Positions 39,712 through 43,626 of a stretch of 43,626 nt of DNA are shown piece after piece. Position 1 is the stretch's first letter, and each line of letters begins with the position of its first letter. The notes beneath the pieces are model-generated. The model worked only from the letters and a program-made list of their open reading frames with translations. It made no database searches and was not told the DNA's origin. The stretch comes from a virus: positions 1 to 43,626 of the IMG/VR virus record IMGVR_UViG_3300050133_000045. One strand, written 5' to 3'. A program made the translations under genes and the position numbers.

Positions 39712-40320
39712 TTATTTGTTCGCCTCGTAGAATGCTTGGGCAAAGCCTGGGGGAGTTATGGCTCTGCGCGTCTGCCTATCATAAATTCCAAAGAATTCAG
39801 GATGTATATCTTTGCTGTGCAGCATTGAAAATTTAACCATTCCCTCCGGCTTGTCTTTTACGGTCGTCTGTGGAATGTTAAACTTTCCCCACAATGCCGT
39901 ATGCTTTTGATATGGATGTCCATATTGCCAGGGGTCAAACTCAAACTTAGGGGCTTTCATCCAGCGTTTTAAAAGTCCATTCGCAGGGTTTTCTATCGCG
40001 TAAAATTTAGGCTGACAAGTTAAGACAATTCTGCAGCAAGCTGAACATATCTCTAACCCTGTTAAAAAATTGTGGCTGTAATTTCCCTTGCCGTGAAAAT
40101 GTTTTGCTATGCTGAATTCATTGCAAGGCGTGGCGGCTAATATGCCATATACATCGTTTGGCGGTATGTAGAGTCTCACATCATCATCTGGGAGGGTCAC
40201 TATTCGCACATCATATCCGGCATCCTTGTAGGGTTTACTCCATGAGCCGGTCCCTCCGCATAAGTCCAGAATGATTTTATTTGAGTTATCCGTTGTCCTC
40301 ACCTCTCTAGTTCTCCGCAA
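39712..40320 (-). CDS. compact DNA (cytosine-5) methyltransferase-like protein, 202 aa
   Basis: Motif I-like LDLCGGTGSW, motif IV-like ATPCNEFS (PC), motif VI-like AIENPANG (ENx), C-terminal RRAITPPGFAQAF. TTG start at 40320; an in-frame GTG lies 18 nt downstream. Confidence 0.55.
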   Translation of the reverse strand: MRRTREVRTTDNSNKIILDLCGGTGSWSKPYKDAGYDVRIVTLPDDDVRLYIPPNDVYGILAATPCNEFSIAKHFHGKGNYSHNFLTGLEICSACCRIVLTCQPKFYAIENPANGLLKRWMKAPKFEFDPWQYGHPYQKHTALWGKFNIPQTTVKDKPEGMVKFSMLHSKDIHPEFFGIYDRQTRRAITPPGFAQAFYEANK

Positions 40321-40323
40321 TCC

Positions 40324-40491
40324 TCATATCCCCAGCACCTCACAAAGCTTTTTAATATTCCGCTCGTATTCTTTGTCGGTCAGGTTTAAGAGACACAGCC
40401 TAAACCGATATTGAGTGTAATTTTTGTAATCGCCCTTGATACCGTTTAGGCGGGCATCTTCGAGGATGTAGGCGGAGTTTTCAACTGTCAT
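40324..40491 (-). CDS. hypothetical protein, 55 aa
   Basis: ATG at 40491 overlaps the helicase stop by 11 nt. A GAGGAGG lies upstream. Confidence 0.4.
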   Translation of the reverse strand: MTVENSAYILEDARLNGIKGDYKNYTQYRFRLCLLNLTDKEYERNIKKLCEVLGI

Positions 40492-41740
40492 ATCGCGTTT
40501 CAACCTCCTCAAAGCGCTGCACCGCGCCCCTAAAATACATTTCAATCATTCCTGTTTCACCGTCTTTGTTTTTGTCAATCAGCAGTTGGGTTTGTTCCGG
40601 CGTATAGTCTTTTGACTTTTCGTAAACATAAGGGCGAAAAATCATAAAAATGTAATCGGAATCTTCCTCAATATTTCCGCTCTCTTTCAAGTCCGACATT
40701 CTCGGCGGCTTCGGTTTGCCGCTTTTATCTGCTTGCCTCGACACTTGTGATAAAAGCATGATGTGACAATTATTTTTCTTCGCCAGCCACTTAAATTCAG
40801 CTGTTAAAAAGTTAATCCGTTCCCTTGTGTCTTTCATTTTTTCGACAGTTCTGACACGCTGGATAAAATCGACAACAACCAAATCGGGCTTTAACTCATA
40901 AATCCTGCGTGAGATTTCCTCAATTGTATAAATGTCGCCAAACAGATAAAGTTGCTTTTTGCCATAGAGATCAGAGACGCTTTGAGATATTTTCTGCTGC
41001 TGCTTTTTGTCAAGATATTTATTCTTTATGCTGTCATACGGAATTGAGAGCAAAGAAGAAAACATCCTGTTGTAAATCTGCTCTTTCGACATTTCAAGGC
41101 TGAAAAATGCAATGCGGTTTTTTGTCTTGATCTGATTTTCAACGACATTTATTGCTATTGCTGTTTTACCTGTGGACGGCGGAGCTCCCCAACATGAGAT
41201 GCCGCCTTTTAATAGACCGCCTGTTTTATCATCAATGTGTTTATACCCCGTCCATATCCTTGTGTCGCGGTCAAGTGGCTTATAAATCGTGTCTATGTAA
41301 CTGATCAGGGTCTGTTTCCTGTCCTCTTCAACATCCTTTGAGGTTCCACCCCGCTCACCCTCAATAATTTTTTCAACTGCCGGAATTAGAGCATCAGCCT
41401 CCATGTCACAAAAAAGGACGTCCTGAAGCTTTCCGGTAATTCTTCGCTGCTGGCTTTTCGCCCTGACAATCTCGGCATACGCTTTTGTATTAGCCAACGT
41501 GGGCACCATCTGTGCGAGCTGCAAAAGATAATCCTTGTCGGTTTTCAATCTTTCGAGCAGTGTCACAAAATCAATCGGTTTTCCCTGCTTGTGCATTTCA
41601 ACCATTGCCGCAAAAGTGGCCTGATGCTCTGGCAGATAAAAATCGCTTTCGGTCAGCATACTGACGAGCGGGATGCTCTCTGACGGCTCTATAAGCATGG
41701 CACCTAAAACCGACTGTTCAGCCTCAATCGAATATGTCAT
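40481..41740 (-). CDS. dnaB: replicative DNA helicase (DnaB family)
   Basis: N-terminal IEAEQSVLGAMLIEP. Walker A: GAPPSTGKTAIAINV. Also ...LSLEMS... and later helicase motifs. Confidence 0.9.
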   Translation of the reverse strand: MTYSIEAEQSVLGAMLIEPSESIPLVSMLTESDFYLPEHQATFAAMVEMHKQGKPIDFVTLLERLKTDKDYLLQLAQMVPTLANTKAYAEIVRAKSQQRRITGKLQDVLFCDMEADALIPAVEKIIEGERGGTSKDVEEDRKQTLISYIDTIYKPLDRDTRIWTGYKHIDDKTGGLLKGGISCWGAPPSTGKTAIAINVVENQIKTKNRIAFFSLEMSKEQIYNRMFSSLLSIPYDSIKNKYLDKKQQQKISQSVSDLYGKKQLYLFGDIYTIEEISRRIYELKPDLVVVDFIQRVRTVEKMKDTRERINFLTAEFKWLAKKNNCHIMLLSQVSRQADKSGKPKPPRMSDLKESGNIEEDSDYIFMIFRPYVYEKSKDYTPEQTQLLIDKNKDGETGMIEMYFRGAVQRFEEVETRYDS

Positions 41741-42402
41741 AATTTATCCATCCCCTCATATCCCCAGCCGGTAGACTTAATTTTTTCTGTTTCTTCATCC
41801 TGCCACCGCTTGCCGTTTAGCCATGTTGCCGGATAAGGTATGAACTTTCCATTTTCCTCTAACCATTGTGAGGATTGTTTTTGAGCTTCAACCGCAGAAA
41901 TAATCTCTTGTAAAAGCTCCTCCGACATTTTTAATTTCTTAAATGCCTTTTCGGCATCACCCTTGCTTTTCTTTTTTGGGTATGCACTCCAAAAGCGGTC
42001 AAAAAGCGCAATACTTATCTTATCTTCTATTCTCTTCTCTTCTATTCTCTTAGGCGGTATGCATACCGTATTACTACCGTAGTCATCCGGTAGTCTTGGA
42101 AATACACTTGAAGTTACCTTATTTATGGTCTGATATTTAGGAAAATTAGGGAGATAATAATAGGCCTGTTCATCAACTGTGTACAAGACTATGAGTTTTA
42201 ATCCGCCTAAGTGGGCTAACATTTTATCAAAATCGGGAGATCGCAAGTCGTCGTATGGAAATACTAAGGACTTCAACAGCTTCGGATTGGCTCGACCGTA
42301 TCCCTCATCATCAGAGTTTGAAATTAATCCCATAAATAAGTATCTTTCTTGAATAGTACATTCGCCTAATTTTTCATCCGTCCAAAATGACGGGTCTATC
42401 AT
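41737..42402 (-). CDS. phage replication initiation / replisome organiser protein
   Basis: N-terminal IDPSFWTDEKLGECTIQERYLFMGLISNSDDEGY. C-terminal FWSAYPKKKSKGDAEKAFKKL...IPYPATWLNGKRWQDE. Both patterns are common in phage replication proteins upstream of dnaB. Confidence 0.65.
   Translation of the reverse strand: MIDPSFWTDEKLGECTIQERYLFMGLISNSDDEGYGRANPKLLKSLVFPYDDLRSPDFDKMLAHLGGLKLIVLYTVDEQAYYYLPNFPKYQTINKVTSSVFPRLPDDYGSNTVCIPPKRIEEKRIEDKISIALFDRFWSAYPKKKSKGDAEKAFKKLKMSEELLQEIISAVEAQKQSSQWLEENGKFIPYPATWLNGKRWQDEETEKIKSTGWGYEGMDKL
42023..42051. repeat. tandem 14-bp direct repeat TCTTCTATTCTCTT x2 inside the replication gene (candidate origin iterons)
   Basis: Copies at 42023..42036 and 42038..42051. 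They encode the KRIEEKRIEDK peptide repeat. Confidence 0.5.
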
Positions 42403-42586
42403 GCGTTTTCTTGCCGTAGTTGTTCACCCCCATCCAGTTTGAAATAAATTCTAAAATAGCCACTCGAGCATTTCTATAATTCCTTAGGGAAGTGTCTTTT
42501 TTTATAAATTCTTGAAAAACTGTAGCCCGACAAATTACAGAGGATTTGTATTTTGTCTCTGTAATCATCTTCACGGTCTTTGCCAA
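42374..42586 (-). CDS. hypothetical protein (start uncertain: TTG 42586 or ATG 42568)
   Basis: The ORF overlaps the replication gene start by 29 nt and has a weak RBS. Confidence 0.3.
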   Translation of the reverse strand: MAKTVKMITETKYKSSVICRATVFQEFIKKDTSLRNYRNARVAILEFISNWMGVNNYGKKTHDRPVILDG

Positions 42587-42726
42587 AAAAAAGTCGATAT
42601 TTTACGCTTTGCTGAGTTTAAATCCTTCCTGTCGCATGGGCGGTCGTAAAGCTTATTTTGCAATGTAATACACTTTTCAAACTCATTTAAAAATTCATCA
42701 CAGCTTAATTCATAGCCATATTTCAT
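42571..42726 (-). CDS. hypothetical protein, 51 aa
   Basis: ATG at 42726 follows a GGGGGA RBS. Confidence 0.4.
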   Translation of the reverse strand: MKYGYELSCDEFLNEFEKCITLQNKLYDRPCDRKDLNSAKRKISTFFWQRP

Positions 42727-42768
42727 AATTTTTATCCCCCATTCCTCCACCAAAATATACGGATTGTA

Positions 42769-43263
42769 TTATTTATGCTTGTTGCGGTAGGCAGTCCACG
42801 TTTTTCCGTAATCTTTTGCATCCAATGAGCCTTCATAGTCACTTCCAGAAAACTCAAACAGCCAACTATAACCAACGTGTTGAAATTCTCCAACAAACAA
42901 AAGCCAATTTGTAAAATCAGGATGAAGTAAATTTTCAACCCAAATTGGTTCACCACCAAGTTTCTTTAATTCTTCAAGCGTCAAAGGCTCGTTCTGCTCG
43001 CTCGTCAAAAACTGAATTTGTGTTTCAAATGGTTGAGGCATTGCAAGCCCCGTATACTTCCCGAACGTCTGCATTAAAGACCACATCTGATCTCTGTACC
43101 ATCCGTCTTTATCAAGTTTTAATTCAAACATTCCGAGTTTTCCCTCAACGTGTTTGTTTAGTTCGTCATGTTGATGCTTTAATATACGGATGCCAAACGT
43201 CGTAAGTTTGACCCTAACATATTTGTTTATATCAAATTCTATTGCCTTTTCAATCTCGTTCAT
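42769..43263 (-). CDS. hypothetical protein, 164 aa
   Basis: ATG at 43263 follows a GAAAGGAG RBS. The longer track ORF overlaps the DUF5131 gene. Confidence 0.6.
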   Translation of the reverse strand: MNEIEKAIEFDINKYVRVKLTTFGIRILKHQHDELNKHVEGKLGMFELKLDKDGWYRDQMWSLMQTFGKYTGLAMPQPFETQIQFLTSEQNEPLTLEELKKLGGEPIWVENLLHPDFTNWLLFVGEFQHVGYSWLFEFSGSDYEGSLDAKDYGKTWTAYRNKHK

Positions 43264-43274
43264 GTTTACTCCTT

Positions 43275-43626
43275 TCACCATGGAAACTCTTGTATAAGTG
43301 GCTCGCCCCAAATATCTTTTAAACTGCTTTTCATAAAAATTGGAATGTGTGAAATTTTGCACTGACAGACAATATCCTGCACCCACTCACGTTTTGGGAT
43401 TATCTTGTCTTTACGGTTGCCTGTTTCTGCTCCGATGATAACCCAACCCGTTCCAAACAAATTGAAATCTGAATCTGGATTTCTTAACAATGGTTCTATG
43501 CTTAGAAAATGATGAGGAACTGCCCATGCATATTCATTTCTCATCCCTGTTGGAAGACTTTGACCAAACCACCAATTGTGCATATCTTCTCGCAAATAAT
43601 CCTGAAACACTCCAACATACATTTCG
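43275..43626 (-). CDS. DUF5131 / Gp37-Gp68 family protein, C-terminal part (joins 1..337 across the junction; 43589..43626 duplicates 1..38)
   Basis: The reading frame is open to the window end, and the protein continues the N-terminal part seen at 1..337. Confidence 0.8.
   Translation of the reverse strand, partial: EMYVGVFQDYLREDMHNWWFGQSLPTGMRNEYAWAVPHHFLSIEPLLRNPDSDFNLFGTGWVIIGAETGNRKDKIIPKREWVQDIVCQCKISHIPIFMKSSLKDIWGEPLIQEFPW

Noticed and set aside
1-43626. CRISPR arrays, transposases/IS elements, reverse transcriptase (DGR/retron) and rRNA genes
   Set aside because: Reading the sequence by eye found no regularly spaced 25-40-bp repeats, no DDE/HUH-type or RT-motif ORFs, and no rRNA-like segments.

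Overview
The window is a complete temperate phage or prophage genome. Positions 1..38 are identical to 43589..43626, so the contig closes on itself (unique length 43,588 bp), and one gene (DUF5131/Gp37-Gp68 family) is split across the junction. AGGAGG-type ribosome-binding sites, lipobox, XhlA-like, GH25 and PG_binding features suggest a Firmicutes/Clostridia-type host. Almost all genes are on the minus strand.

Gene order on the minus strand, from high to low coordinates with wrap-around:
- Replication and DNA metabolism (43386..34432): replication organiser, DnaB-type helicase, compact C5-methyltransferase-like protein, RusA-like, ASCH, DUF551, metallophosphoesterase.
- An RHH regulator node (33036..33620).
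- A winged-helix protein and terS (30377..31518).
- An unusual 1.8-kb island with tRNA-Asn and an aberrant 114-nt tRNA-like RNA (28580..30376).
- terL, portal, a Com-like zinc-ribbon protein and a strong terminator.
- Scaffold, major capsid and a podovirus-like tail/ejection block with no recognisable tube or tape-measure set (11785..24116).
- The lysis cassette: GH25 endolysin, XhlA-like protein, holin (9902..11772).

Plus-strand blocks:
- The lysogeny module (CI-like repressor, three small envelope proteins, tyrosine integrase; 5993..8438).
- attP with arm-type repeats.
- Two morons (8819..9861).
- Two small opposite-strand islands (31838..32995 and 33658..34371).

The early-left region (359..5842) carries a Cro-like regulator, antirepressor, YopX, RecT and a PD-(D/E)XK exonuclease.

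All functional calls come from motif recognition by eye. No database search, RNA folding or composition calculation was possible. No CRISPR array, transposase or rRNA was seen. The best candidates for something undescribed are the terS/terL island with the tRNA-like RNA, the lysogen-expressed envelope trio, the RHH plus Cys-rich peptide pair, a promoter/terminator-delimited small hydrophobic ORF at attP, and an ART-like motif protein in an opposite-strand island.
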